The notes under the pieces: model-generated
What the model was told of the DNA's origin: nothing
The model's input: the letters and a program-made list of their open reading frames with translations, nothing else
The model's database searches: none
Assembly (NCBI GenBank): GCA_951406725.2
Contig: OX597837.1
Coordinates: 24,924,001 to 24,988,000 of the forward strand
Direction: 5' to 3'
Origin: Octopus vulgaris
Lineage: Eukaryota
Length of the DNA stretch: 64,000 bases
Shown: in pieces, positions 11,237 through 24,489 of the stretch
Layout: the number at the start of each line of letters is the position of its first letter
How positions within the stretch are numbered: the stretch's first letter is position 1
Translations under genes and position numbers: made by a program

Positions 11237-12021
11237 TATATGTATATGTATGTATAAGTAGAAGTAGTTTTTTTTAATTAAAATCCAAAGACAGACAATG
11301 GATATGCTAAGACCAGCCCTCCACAACAGAATTGAGATCTTAAAACCAAGGTACCACATAAAAAACATTAGTGCAGGTGCCACTTAAAAAGCACCCAGTA
11401 CATTCTGTAAAGTGGTTGATAGGCATCCAGCAATGTAGAATTTGTTATTTTATTTACTGGAATATTTTCCATGATTATGATAAAACTGTGCCGGTGGCAC
11501 ATAAAAAGCACCATCCAATCGTGGCCGTTTGGCAGCCTCGTCTGGCACCTGTGCCGGTGGCACGTAAAAAGCACCCACTACACTCACGGAGTGGTTGGCG
11601 TTAGGAAGGGCATCCAGCCGTAGAAACATTGCCAGATCAGACTGGAGCCTGGTGAAGCCTTCTGGCTTCCCAGACCCCAGTTGAACCGTCTAACCCATGC
11701 TAGCATGGAAAGCAGATGCTAAACGATGATGATGAAACAGATTCCTAATTATAGGATATGAGGGGAGAAAGCAGGATTAAAGTGAGAAAAATCACTGATT
11801 CACTGCTCTAAGTTTGACATTAATCAAATTCAACATGCTTATCATACTTACACAATTATTCTGTTAATTAGCCAAGAACTAGATTTTACTTAATTTTATG
11901 CTTTAGAATTAATGAAATATAAATATGATACTAGGCTAAAAAGGTTATAGACTATTTGAGATGAGACTGGGATAGTACCAGTAATATATTGATGTTCACA
12001 ACGGTTTTCCAAAGTTCTTAC

Positions 12022-12198
12022 TTTCATATCAACTTCTACATCTGTGACATTCTCACTGCTTTTAGAATATATTCTTGATTTGGCTTTCCTCCGCATCTTG
12101 CTGGGTATATAGAAATTCAGTGGAAACGGAGACGCTTTAGCAAAACCTGGTCTGGTAAGGTCTATGTAAGTCTTGGCATCAATCCACCATAAATGAAG
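12022..12198 (-). CDS. MTX1: Metaxin-1/3-like protein, coding exon 5
   Basis: LHLWWIDAKTYIDLTRPGFAKASPFPLNFYIPSKMRRK...VEVDMK; PFPLNF motif; AG/GT boundaries, 177 nt. Confidence 0.94.
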
Positions 12199-12606
12199 CT
12201 GAAAATAATACAATTGTTATATATTATATTATTATATTTTTATATATTATTATTATTATTATTATTATTATATAATAATATAATTATTGTTCAGTAACTG
12301 GAACAGACAGCCAAATCAAGGAAGTGCTGTGGACAACAGCAAATATAATAATAATCTAGGACAAAAGATAAAACAGATTGCTTTAGAAAAAATTGTTAAA
12401 AGTAACAGGTTGAACCAGATTTCAGTTAAAAAAAAAAACAACTAATATTTAATTACTTTATCAAGTAATATAATTATATTGTAGTACCATGTTTAGTTCT
12501 TTGTACTGTTTATGTGTTTAGTTCACATGATGTGTTAGTGTAATGACCTAACAGATATCAAACTAAGCAGTATTATTTTTCATACAGATTTCATGGTTTC
12601 ATGATG

Positions 12607-12656
<50 letters not shown>

Positions 12657-13194
12657 ACAATAAAAATTACTTGGGACACAAAACTCTGCTTGCGAAGACC
12701 TGTTGAGGCAAGTGAAATCGAAATCGATCAAAAATCAATGAAAATTGCAATTGTGATACCAGTGCTGGTGGCACGTAAAAGAAGCATCCGAACGGGGCCA
12801 TTGCCAGCACCGCCTCGTCTGGCCTCCGTGCTGGTGGCACATAAAAAGCACCAACCGATCGTGGCCGTTGCCAGCCTCACCTGGCATGTAAAAAGCACCC
12901 ACTACACGGAGTGGTTGGCATTAGGAAGGGCATCCAGCTGTAGAAACACTGCCAGATTGGACTGAGCCTGGTGCAGCCTCCTGGCTTCCCAGACCCCAGT
13001 CGAACCATCCAACCCATGCTAGCATGGAAAGCAGACGTTAAATGATGATGATGATGATGATGATTTAAGTCATCATCACACAACAAAAATTGATGCTGAT
13101 GCACTGGGAACTATAATGAATTCAATAATCATTTTGGGATGAACATGGGGTATATCCCCACAATTCATTCCATAATAACATTAAATATGTTTAA

Positions 13195-13711
13195 CCCTTT
13201 CGTTACCAACCCGGCTAAAACTGGCTTTGGCTCTGTAGTATAAATGTCTTCTTTTCATAAGTTTTCAATTAAAATCTTCTACTAAACCTTAGTCATAATT
13301 TATGTTCCTAACACTAGCTTAATGATAATTAAGTTATTTTACTAAATTCTTTGTTATATTTAAAATAATTGAAAGAAACACAGAGTCTCTCAACAGAAAT
13401 ATGGTAACAAAAGTGTTAAAACAGATGTAAAAATGAATGATACATAAGTATCAAGACACCTTGGGCCACTGCTAGTTCTTCCTGTCTTAACCATTTTGAT
13501 ACCAACCCACCTGAAACTGCCTCTGGGTCTGTAGTACAAATGTCTTGTTTTCAAAAGTTCTGAATTAAAGTCTTCCACCAAACCTTAGTCACAATTTATG
13601 TTCCTAACACTAGCTTAATGATAACTAAGTTATTTTACTAAATTCTTTGTTATATTTAAAATAATTGAAAGAAACACAGAGTATCTCAAAATAAATACGG
13701 TAGCAAAAGGG
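13195..13711 (+). mobile_element. Composite piggyBac-like MITE dimer, copy 2
   Basis: TTAA-CCCTTT...AAAGGG-TTAA; same internal spacer as copy 1. Confidence 0.85.
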
Positions 13712-14167
13712 TTAAAGATATATTAATTGGTATACTAAAAAAACTGTTTAAACCTTACATTTAAGGTGACAAATAATCAAACACAAAGAAAGAGACAGTA
13801 ATTTTTGCAAATCAATAGACAAAAATATACTTTAAATCATAAAATATATTTTTTGTTTTAAATGTTTGTCCTCAAACCTGTTTAAGTAATATATATATAT
13901 TTCTTTATTGCCCACAAGGGGCTAAACATAGAGGGGACAAACAAAGACAAGACAAAGGGATTAAGTCGATTACATCGACCCCAGTGTGTAACTGGTACTT
14001 TAATTTATCGAGCCTGAAAGATGAAAGGCAAAGTCGACCTCGGTGGAATTTGAACTCAGAACGTAACAGCAGACGAAATACGGCTACGCATTTCGCCCAG
14101 TGTGCTAACGATTCTGCCAGCTCGCCGCCTTAAATTAAGTAATATATATATATTACAATGAAATATA

Positions 14168-15233
14168 CGGGCACATGCATGTTAATATTCTTAAGTTATT
14201 ACACCTGGAAAAGTACAGAATAAGATTTCTACAGTAGAATTTGCCTAGTTCGTCATTTCTAAAGGAAACTAAAAAGTACCTAAAATTAAAATTCTACTGT
14301 ACTTAAAATATTGCAGCTGAGAATAACATTTTTTAAAATTTACTATATTTTATTAAAACAAAAATTATAAAAACATTATTGGGTTTTTCCTAAAATAAGC
14401 CCATCCGATTTTATGCCTTTGGGCTTATATTCAGAAACTCTTTTCGTGTATAGCTCCAGTAATTTTTATTATTTTCAGAAAAAAAATTATCTAAGCAAAA
14501 TTATTTCAGTCTGTATTTAAGTCCATGGCATATTTTTGGAAAAAGCAGTATTTTAAACATGAAATAAAAATTAATTTTTTAAAAATTAGAATTCATCTAA
14601 TTAGTCTTCCCTATGAGAAGATTGAAAGTGATGAATTAGGTGAAGTAACGAATTAGCCAGACAAATTAGGCTAATTCTACTGTATTAATGTTAACGAATA
14701 AATTTTACTGATGATTTGTCAGATTAATTTTTTTGCTTTTTAATGTGGAAGAATTCACTGAGCATATGGTTGATTTGAAAACATTTAAAGACCATTCTAC
14801 TGCAATTAATATTTTTTGGGGGGGTTTTTTGTAAAAGGAAAAAGAAACCTTGTGCAATATTATTTACAACTTCATAATTTTATTGTTTGTAGTTGATACA
14901 ACCAAATAAAATGACTATTTTAATGGTATATTTCAAAAGACATAATTTTAAAAAAATTTTTATTTTAATCTATTTTTGATTATTTTTGTACCATGTTTTT
15001 AAAGATTTATTTATTTTTTAGATTCTCATAATAAATAAAATAAATTATCTCAAATTTACCTAATATAATGTATTTTAATTTCAAAAACGTTATTCTCAAG
15101 TACAGTGGAATTTTAATTATAAGTACTTTCTAATATCCTTTAGAGGTGCCAAATTAGGTCAATTCTACTGTAAAAATCTTGTTCTGTACTTTTCCAGGTG
15201 TAATAACTTAAGAATATTAACATGCATGTGCCT
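14168..15233. mobile_element. Fold-back DNA element with about 170-bp inverted arms
   Basis: ggcacatgcatgttaatattcttaagttattacacctggaaaagtacagaa and its reverse complement at 15180-15233; internal TA-CAGTAGAAT / ATTCTACTG-TA pogo/Tigger-like termini. Confidence 0.7.
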
Positions 15234-15989
15234 GCATTTATCCACTTTTTTTCCAGGCAATGCAATAATACAAATGAATATTCTCTTGTTAAAAAAATAC
15301 TCGAATTATTTTTCATTGTTGATGATTTGAATTAAAATAAGAATTTTATGAATGAGAAAGTAATTATAATTGTAAAAAATATTAGATCCTATATCATCAC
15401 TGTATATAAAATTTTTATATTGAAACAAAACGCATGACATGAACATGCCAAAGAAGAAAGTGCAAAAATTCATTATGAAAAATAATTTTCTATACCATAC
15501 ATCATCATCCTTTAACACCCATTGTCCATGCTGGCATGGGTTGGACGGTTTGACTGGGCTGGCACACTGGAAGGCTGCACCAGACTCCAGTCTGATTTGG
15601 CATGGTTTTCTACAGCTGGATGCCCTTCCTAATGCCAACAACTCCAAGAGTGTAATGGATGCTTTTATGTGTCATTTGGGTGACACTGGAATGCTTTTAT
15701 GTGCCACCAGCATATGGGTGCAAATTTGCATGACACTGTTATCTGCCACAACTGCAATTTTGCTTGGCTTGATGGGTCTTCTGCTCAAGCATGACATAAT
15801 GCCAAAGGTCTCAGTCATTGCCTCCATGAGGCCCAATGCCACTTTGCCTCTGTGAGGCCTAACGTTCAAGAGAACTCAGCTACTTTACCTCCATAAGACC
15901 CAACACTAGAAAGGAACTCAGCCACTATGCCTCTGTGAGGCCCAATGCTCGAATTCACTATATAATAATGAATATTAATGTAATACTTT

Positions 15990-16560
15990 TATATATTTGT
16001 TTTGCAAGATTTTTGATGTGAAATCGTATGTTGAAACAGATATTGTTGTATTTAGGAATGGTCATTTTGCCAGTTTAGCCAATAAAAACACACGCACTAT
16101 ATATTTGGTGTTACTTTGCCTCAGCATTATTTATTTTTTACATTAATCTTAATCTTATTTCGGCCAGAGTTCTTTCGTCACACTCCTGTGACATCATCAG
16201 TGGTCCTTTGCTTTCTTCTTTCTTATTTGTGTGTCTCTCCTTACTAATGTGTCAGCCATTTTGTATTTTGTATTCCTATTGTATGTGTCTTCATTTGCGC
16301 ATGCGTCTACCTCTATGTGTGTCTATGTTTAGTTAGTGTGTGTGTGGGGGGAGTGCCTGTAATATTTGTATCTCCTGTTTATATACATTCATGTAATTTG
16401 TTTTTTGTTTTTGTTTTTGTGACGAAAGAACTCTGGCCGAAATAAGATTAAGATTAATGTAAAAAATAAATAATGCTGAGGCAAAGTAACATCAAATATA
16501 TAATGCGTGTGTTTTTATTGGCTAAACTGGCAAAATGACCATTCCGAAATACAACAATAA
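15990..16560. mobile_element. Penelope-like element remnant with inverted partial terminal repeat
   Basis: 16041-16181 is inverted at 16419-16559; hammerhead motif at the inner edge of the left arm. Confidence 0.65.
16162..16206 (-). ncRNA. Minimal type I hammerhead ribozyme-like motif
   Basis: Minus strand reads ggacca CTGATGA t gtcaca-ggag-tgtgac GAAA gaac TC tggcc. Confidence 0.6.
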
Positions 16561-18739
16561 TGTAATACTATTTTTATTATAAAATCAAGAAATAAATTAG
16601 CTATATCTATATATAGTAAGAAGAGCTAGCAAGAAGAGATATGAGAATATCTGAAATATATAGTAAGAAGAGAATCTGATTATATGAATAGTAAAGCCAT
16701 GGCTAAAATAAAATTTTTTTAAATGCAAAAATAACCAATGCATCCATCATAAGGCAGGATGAGCCATCTGCCCTTGTTAGGGCAAAGTTAGTTAGTCGAA
16801 ATTCATGCAAAATCAGAAGAAACCCTGCAATTCAACAACTGTTCTTGTCAACTTGCCTGAAAATTAAAAATCTGAATTGATAGAAAGCCAGGCAATATGC
16901 TTAGCAGTATTTCACCTGTCTTTACATTTTGATTTCAGGCCTTGTGCCTTTAGTAGAAAAGATTATTATTTATCATCATCATCATTTAACGTCCGCTTTC
17001 CATGCTAGCATGGGTTGAACGATTTGACTGAGGACTGGTGAACCAGATGGCTGCACTAGGCTCCAATCTGATCTGTCAGAGTTTCTACAGCTGGATGCCC
17101 TTCCTAACGCCAACCACTCCAAGAGTGTATCATCATCATCATCATCATCGTTTAGCGTCCGCTTTCCATGCTAGCATGGGTTGGACGGTTCAACTGGGGT
17201 CTGGGAAGCCAGAAGGCTGCACCAGGCCCAGTCTGATCTGGCAATGTTTCTACAGCTGGATGCCCTTCCTAATGCCAACCACTCCAAGAGTGTAGTGGGT
17301 GCTTTTACGTGCCACTGGCACAAGTGCCAGTCAGGCAGTACTGGCAACAGCCACACTCAAGTGGTGTTTTTTATGTGCCACCTGCACTGGCAACAACCCC
17401 ACTCGAATGTTTTTCACATGCTACCGGCACAAGTGCCAGTAAGGCAACGCTGGTAATGATCACGTTTGAATGGTAAGGCAGCAAGCTGGCAGAACTGTTA
17501 GCAAACTACATAAAATGCTTAGTAGCGTTTTGTCTGTCTTTACATTCTTATTTCTTTACTGCCCACAGGGGGCTAAACATAGAGGGGACAAACAAGGACA
17601 GACAAACAGATTAAGTCGATTATATCAACCCCAGTGCGTAACTGGTATTTATTTAATCGACCCCGAAAGGATGATAGGCAAAGTCGACCTCGGCGGAATT
17701 TGAACTCAGAACATAATGGCAGACGAAATACCGCTAGGCATTTCGCCCGGTGTGCTAACGTTTCTGCTAGCTCACCGCCTTTGTCTGTCTTTACATTCTG
17801 TCCTCAAATTCCTCCAAGGTCGAATTTGCCTTTCATCCTTTCAGAGTTGATAAAATAAGTACCATTGAAGTACTGGAGTCAATGTAATCTACTTCCCCCT
17901 CACCTCAAAAAATTGCTGGCCCTGTGCCAAAATTTGAATCTATTACTTTTATTATTAGTTATCATCTATCTCTCTCTTTTACTCTTTTACTTGTTTCAGT
18001 CATTTGATTGCGGCCATGCTGGAGCACCGCCTTTAGTCGAGCAAATCGACCCCGGGACTTATTCCTTGTAAGCCCAGTACTTATTCTATTGGTCTCTTTT
18101 TGCCGAACCGCTAAGTGACGGGGACGTAAACACACCAGCATCGGTTGTCAAGCAATGCTAGGGGGACAAACACAGACACACAAACACAAACACATATATA
18201 TATATATATATATATACATATATACGACAGGCTTCTTTCAGTTTCCGTCTACCAAATCCACTCACAAGGCATTGGTCGGCCCGGGGCTATAGCAGAAGAC
18301 ACTTGCCCAAGATGCCACGCAGTGGGACTGAACCCGGAACCATGTGGTTGGTTAGCAAGCTACTTACCACACAGCCACTCCTGCGCCTCTCATTACTTTT
18401 TCTTCTATTTACTTATTTACTGTAAGAAATAACAGAATTTTATGCCTTTAGAATTTAGGATTATTATTTTCACAACTGCTGCTGCTGCTGCTACTATTAC
18501 TAATCTTAATCACAGCACTTTTCATTCTGATATTCAGGTTAGCTTTATTATTTTTAGTTTATTTGTCAGTCAAAGTCCTTTTGTCACATTTTGTGACCTC
18601 TTCAGTAACTTTCAGTCCCCTGTGTCTCCTCTTGTCCTGCATATTCCATTTTTTTCTACAGCTACTCTCACATCCACTGAGCTTATTTGGTATCTTGCCA
18701 CTCCTTCAGGGCATTAATGTCCCAACTCATTGTGTACAA

Positions 18740-19320
18740 TAAGGAAGGAAGGAAGGAAGGAAAGAAGAAAGGAAGAAAGAAAGAAAAAGAAAGAAAGGAA
18801 GAAAAAGGAAATGAAGAAAAAAGGAAGGAAGGAGGGAAGGAAAGAAGGGAGGGAGGGAGGAAAAAGAAAAAAGGAAAGAAAGAAGGAAAGAAAGAAAGAG
18901 AGATAGAGAAAGAAAGAGAGGGAGGGAGGGAGGGAGGGAGGGAGGAAGGAAGAAGGAAAGAAGAAAGGAAGGAGGGAAGGAAGGAAGGAAGGAAGGAAGG
19001 AAAGAAGAAAGGAAGAAAGAAAGAAAGAAAGGAAGAAAAAGGAAAGGAAGAAAAAAGGAAGGAAGGAGGGAAGGAAAGAAGGGAGGGAGGGAGGAAAAAG
19101 AAAAAAGGAAAGAAAGAAAGAGAGATAGAGAGAGAAAGAGAGGGAGGAAGGGAGGGAGGAAGGGAGGAAGGAAGGAAGGAAGGAAGGAAGGAAGGAAGGA
19201 AAGAAAGAGAGGGCGGGAGGGAGGGAGGGGGAGGAAACAAAGAAGGAAGGAAAGAAAGAAGTAAAGAAAGAGAGAGGAGAAAGAGAGAGGGAGGGAGGGA
19301 GGCAGGAGGAAGGAAGAGGA
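18740..19320. repeat. Polypurine (GGAA/GAAA/GGGA)n tract with about 240-bp internal duplication
   Basis: Nearly pure purine plus strand over about 580 bp. Confidence 0.95.
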
Positions 19321-19594
19321 TACATGAAATACAATTAGATAACAATTTAACTGCCCAACCATGAGTAGCCAACCAAAATGATTGACCTTTTACTGTGGAG
19401 AAAAAAAATTGTCTCTTATAGTAAAAAAGAAGTAAAAACCCCAGTGTTGCCTTCTGTCAGATTCCCACATGTGTTTCTAGCTCTTTGGCTTTTATCAATG
19501 GGAAATACTGAAGGGAGGGTTCGCCATAGAAAACCTAAAAGGGCAATAAAAACGAAGCTGGCTCCTTGAAATAATGAGAAAGAAATTAACTTAC

Positions 19595-19687
19595 AACAGC
19601 AGGTAAAAGTTTTTCTTCAAGTAGTGAGCAGAATGCTATAGTATCTGCACACTGGGTGTTGGACAGTCGGTTATCACAGCCCCAATG
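19595..19687 (-). CDS. MTX1: Metaxin-1/3-like protein, coding exon 4
   Basis: HWGCDNRLSNTQCADTIAFCSLLEEKLLPAV; metaxin ADT.AF.SLLEEKLLP motif; AG/GT boundaries, 93 nt. Confidence 0.94.
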
Positions 19688-19859
19688 CTACAAAGAAGAC
19701 GAATACATGAATATGTTTAATGTTTCCTTGACACAGGGATAAGGTGCTCTTCTACATTTAATAAGATACAGAATGAGAAGGTAGGGGAACATTTATACAG
19801 GTGAAATATTTCCAAGATAGTAAAATGAGAACACATCCAATTGAATTGCCATCATTAAA

Positions 19860-20224
19860 CCCTTTAGCATTTAAACCGGCCCTATCCGGCCAAAAGTATT
19901 CTGCCTGTTTTATGTTCAAACTGGCCAGATCTGGTCTCTCACACCAACCCTACAATATCGTTTTAAAAATTAACAGCTACCTCATCAAAATCTCATAACT
20001 ACAAGATAATGCATTTAAACTGGCCATATCCGGCCAAAAGTATTCTGCCTGTTTTATGTTCAAACTGGCCAGATCTGGTCTCTCACACCAGCCCTACAAT
20101 ATCGTTTTAAAAATTAACAGCTACCTCATCAAAATCTCATAGCTACAAGATAATGCAGGATTAGTTCAAAACAATGTGGATAAAAAAGGATTAATTTTGG
20201 CAGAATAATGCGAACACTAAAGGG
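19860..20224 (+). mobile_element. piggyBac-like MITE with the same 144-bp internal duplication as 5599-5964
   Basis: CCCTTTAG...CTAAAGGG-TTAA; near-identical to 5599-5964. Confidence 0.85.
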
Positions 20225-20795
20225 TTAAAGTTAAATGGAGTGGGGTAGGGTGGAGATTGGTTTGGTAGATGGGTATATAGTAGCTAACAGGCATGTATAG
20301 TAGCTAACGAGTGTATATAATAGCTAACAGATTTGCATAGTAGGTAATAGGTGTACATAGCAGCTTAAGCAGTCACTGATTACACTTAAAATATGTAGTA
20401 TTTAATGGTTAATTAAGGTAGTAGTATATTGCAATTAATGGTTGGTCAGGGTTATAGTATAAAGCATTCCAGCCATGGCCATCCTTTTTTTTTTCTTAGA
20501 TATGAAAGACTGCATTATCCAATATAGCTTTTCTCTTTAAGGTGTAATTTGAAGGAGATTTGATTGCTATTTCTAGGAAGTGGGCTGACCACATAGGGGC
20601 TCCCTTGTTACCTAAGGATGGGGAAGATGGCATTATAAGAAAGCAACAAAGACACAAACAAACTAAATTAAGACAAACATTTAAAATACAAGTAAGAACC
20701 AAGACGCTTAAGATTTGTTCAACTATTGGCAGCATAACATTAAAATTTATCCTAATTACAATTAAATCTATTAAATAAATTAAGAAACTACTTAC

Positions 20796-20872
20796 CTTTT
20801 CTCGAAGATAATTAATTATATTTTCTGTTGAACTTTGAATTTCTGTTCCGTGTCGAAGTAAGGGAAGCTCTC
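20796..20872 (-). CDS. MTX1: Metaxin-1/3-like protein, coding exon 3
   Basis: tag acceptor, (G)ELPLLRHGTEIQSSTENIINYLREK, GTAAGT donor; phase matches exon 2. Confidence 0.92.
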
Positions 20873-21548
20873 CTACACAAAGAAGAAAGTTTATAAGATA
20901 CTGCAGCTAATGTTGTGCTTTGTGCTAATTTGGTGGACACTGGCAAAATGGTCAGCATTCTTGCCATTTTCTTTAGTTAAATTGCCTCCTGTTGAGGCAA
21001 GTGAAAATCAAAATCGAAATCAAAATTGTAATCGATCAACATCAATGGAATTTGTAGCTGTGATACCAGTGCCGGTGGCACGTAAGAGAACCATCCGAAC
21101 GTGGCCATAGCCAGCGCCGCCCTGACTGGCCTCCATGCTAGTAGCACATAAAAAGCACCATCCAATCGTGGCCGTTGTCAGCTTCGTCTGGCACGTAAAA
21201 AGCACCCACTACACTCACGGAGTAGTTGGTGTTAGGAAGGGCATCCAGTCGTAGAAACATTGCCAGATCAGACTGGGCCTGGTGCAGCCTTCTGGCTTCA
21301 CAGACCCGAGTTGAACTGTCCAACCCATGCTAGCATGGAAAGTGGACGTTAAACGATGATGATGATGATGAAATCAGGAGGAAAGAGCACAACCCTAGGC
21401 CTTCACAAGGTCTTCTGAGATAAATGACATGAGTGCTGTTGATGTTTTACTGAAATTTTTGCAAGTCCATAACACCAGACAAACCTATGGAAGTAGGCAA
21501 TTCCAAAGTTTCATACCAACACTTGGCATGAAAGTACTGGCCTTCGAG

Positions 21549-21569
<21 letters not shown>

Positions 21570-21583
<14 letters not shown>

Positions 21584-22666
21584 TAACAATAAGGGTTTTG
21601 CAACAAGTTGCTTGACCACATACAGAAAATTTTAGAAATAGCAGCCAAAGGACTACTAATTCCTTTTTCGACAAAAGTATGTCTCCACAGACAACAATAT
21701 TTGTAACTCACACATGGCAAGAAAAAAAGAAAAATAATGTAATTAAACAGTCTTCGATTAAGAAGCCCTTATTGTTATAATTATATACAAAAAAAACTTT
21801 TTGTATAAGTTTTTACTGAATATGGTCCTTTTCCATACCGAAAAACTACTAGGTGAAATTTGTTGATTTTATTAAATTAATTATCTTTCACCCTATATCT
21901 GTGTGTGTATATGCAACAGAAAGTGCGAGGAATATTAATTGTTGCTTCTATTGAACTCATAAAGCAAAATATGCTGAATATGCTCCTTTGTCACTTCCAT
22001 TATAGCTTTGAAAAAAATAACTGTTTAAATCGAACTGCATTCTTCAAAACTTGCAATAAGAATAAGGACAAGGTAAAACTATTACCTGCTTTTATAGCAA
22101 ATTGATGCAGGTAGTTTATCCTATCCCCCTCTGGCTTTTAGTTCATGCAATTGAAAAAACTGCATTATTTATGGGCTGACCCAATATACACACACAAACA
22201 CTTTATATATATATATATAAAATGAGATAGGGGTTGTAAATTCAACCCTCCATGGGATAACATATATCCAATATACTGCTAGAGAGGTACCCAACAAGAC
22301 TAATACATAAATGTTAAAAATTGCAGTGCAATTAATTCATCTACTGTATTATGTGGGCAAGGGTAAAATTATTACCGTAAATTAATAATACAAAATGAGA
22401 AAATGGAGAAATATACCTGATTTAGGTATGTTTCTCCATTTTCTCATTTTGTATATATATATATATACACACAGATATAGGGTGAAAGATAATTAATTTA
22501 ATAAAATCAACAAATTTCACCTAATAGTTTTTCGGTATGGAAAAAAGGACCATATCCGGTAAAAACTTATACAAAAAGTTTTTTTATATATAATTATAAC
22601 AATAAGGGTTTCTTAATCAAAGACTGTTTGATTTCATTATTTTTCTTCTTTTTTTTTTGCCATGTG
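21570..22666. repeat. Nested inverted-repeat complex
   Basis: About 21710-21910 is inverted at 22460-22666; extra hairpin at 22388-22456; related sequence at 51810-51990. Confidence 0.75.
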
Positions 22667-22885
22667 AAACGAGTAAAAGAGTAAAGAGAATATGAATGTG
22701 AAAGAGATAGTTGAATAACTGTAAACCTGCTTTGGGGCCACATTGTATATATAAAAACACATATATTCAAATGTTCAAGCTTGTCAATTCAATGAATGAG
22801 GATGAGAGTACTCAATACATGTTGAAGAGTATAACATGCATTTGCTTGTGGCATACATATTTTACTTGTTTTATCACATCCTTAC

Positions 22886-22955
22886 CTGACGGAGATCGAA
22901 ATGGATTCCCAGTTTTCTGTATACATACTGGAACCCCAGAAAATTTACAATATGT
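22886..22955 (-). CDS. MTX1: Metaxin-1/3-like protein, coding exon 2
   Basis: cag acceptor, TYCKFSGVPVCIQKTGNPFRSPS(G), GTAAGG donor; 70 nt, ends phase 1; matches metaxin TYARF.GAP...NPW.SPSG. Confidence 0.93.
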
Positions 22956-23969
22956 CTGTAAGTAAAAATAAATGCATATTTAGGGCAAAACATGAAAATA
23001 CAGATCTTCAATGGCTAAACATATCAGCAGATTTTTATTTACTGGTGGTGCCAAATTGTATGATGGAAAGATCTGTGATCAAAATCCTTAACCTACTTCC
23101 AATCAGAATTATTTCCTGCTTTATTTCATTGTATTATATGGAATGGTGGAATGCTAGACATAATAGCTTGTAATATGGTTACAAGCTAATGGACGGCAAG
23201 CTGACAGAGTCATTAACATGGTGGGTAAAATGCTTAGTGGCTTTACATTCTCAGTTCAAATTCCACTGTGGCTGATTTCATCCTTTTGGGGTCAATAAAA
23301 TCAGTACCAGTTGAGCACTGGGGTCAGTGTAATCGATTTCATCCCTTCCCCAAAACTGCTGGATTTGTGCCAAAATTTGAAACCAATATCATCACAAGCC
23401 AATAAGGCAGCAAGCTGACAGAATTGTTACCACACCAGGCAAAAAGCTGAGAGGAATTTCATCCATCTTTACGTTCCGAGTTCAAATTCCACGGAGGTTG
23501 TCTTTGCCTTTCACCCTTTCGGGGTCGATAAATTAAGTAACAGTTACGCACTGGGGTCAATGTAATCGACTTAATACCTTTGTCTGTCCCCTCTATGTTT
23601 AGCCCCTTGTGGGCAATAAAGAAATAAGAATTGTTACCACACCAGGCAAAAAGCTTAGAGGAATTTCATCCATCTTTATGTTCCGAGTTCAAATGTTGCC
23701 AAGGTCAACTTTGCCTTGCATCTTTTCAGGAATGATAAAATGAATACCAGTTGAGTACCAGGATCAAAATAACTGGCTTATCCTCCCACACCTAAACTTG
23801 CTGGCTTTGTGCTAAAAATTGAACCAATATTGTTACAAGTTACAAGCTTGTAATCATTTTAATGTCCCCTGTACCATTGGTCAGATGGAATTTGTTGAGG
23901 CAGATATTCTTCCTTCTTACCAAATCCCACCGGTTTCCAAGTAAAGCGATATTTCCTTTAGTCTTTTAA

Positions 23970-24489
23970 CCCTTTTATTCCCAACCTGGCTGAAACTGGT
24001 TCTGGCTCTGAGTACAAATGTCTTGTTTTCATAAGTTTTTAATTAAAATCTTCCACCAAACCTTAGTCACAATTTATGTTCCTAACACTAGCTTAATGAG
24101 AACTAAGTTATTTTACTAAATTCTTTGTTACATTTAAAGTTAATTGAAAGAAACACAGAGCATTTCAACAGAAATATGCTAACAAAAGTGTTAAAACAGA
24201 TGTAAAAATGAATGATACATAAGTATCAAGACACCTTGGGCCACTGCTAGTTCTTCCTGTCTTAACCATTTTGATACCAACCCACCTGAAACCACCTCTG
24301 GCTCTGTAGTACAAATGTCTTGTTTTCAAAAGTTCTGAATAAAAATCTTCCACCAAACCTTAGTCACAATTTATGTTCCTAACACTAGCTTAATGATAAC
24401 TAAGTTATTTTACTAAATTCTTTGTTATATTTAAAGTAATTGAAAGAAACACAGAGCATCTCAAAATAATAAATACAGTAACAAAAGGG
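23970..24489 (+). mobile_element. Composite piggyBac-like MITE dimer, copy 3
   Basis: TTAA-CCCTTT...AAAGGG-TTAA; same internal spacer. Confidence 0.85.

Noticed and set aside
18683-19372. Lys/Glu/Arg-rich and Ser/Phe-rich ORFs
   Set aside because: Polypurine simple repeat in an intron.
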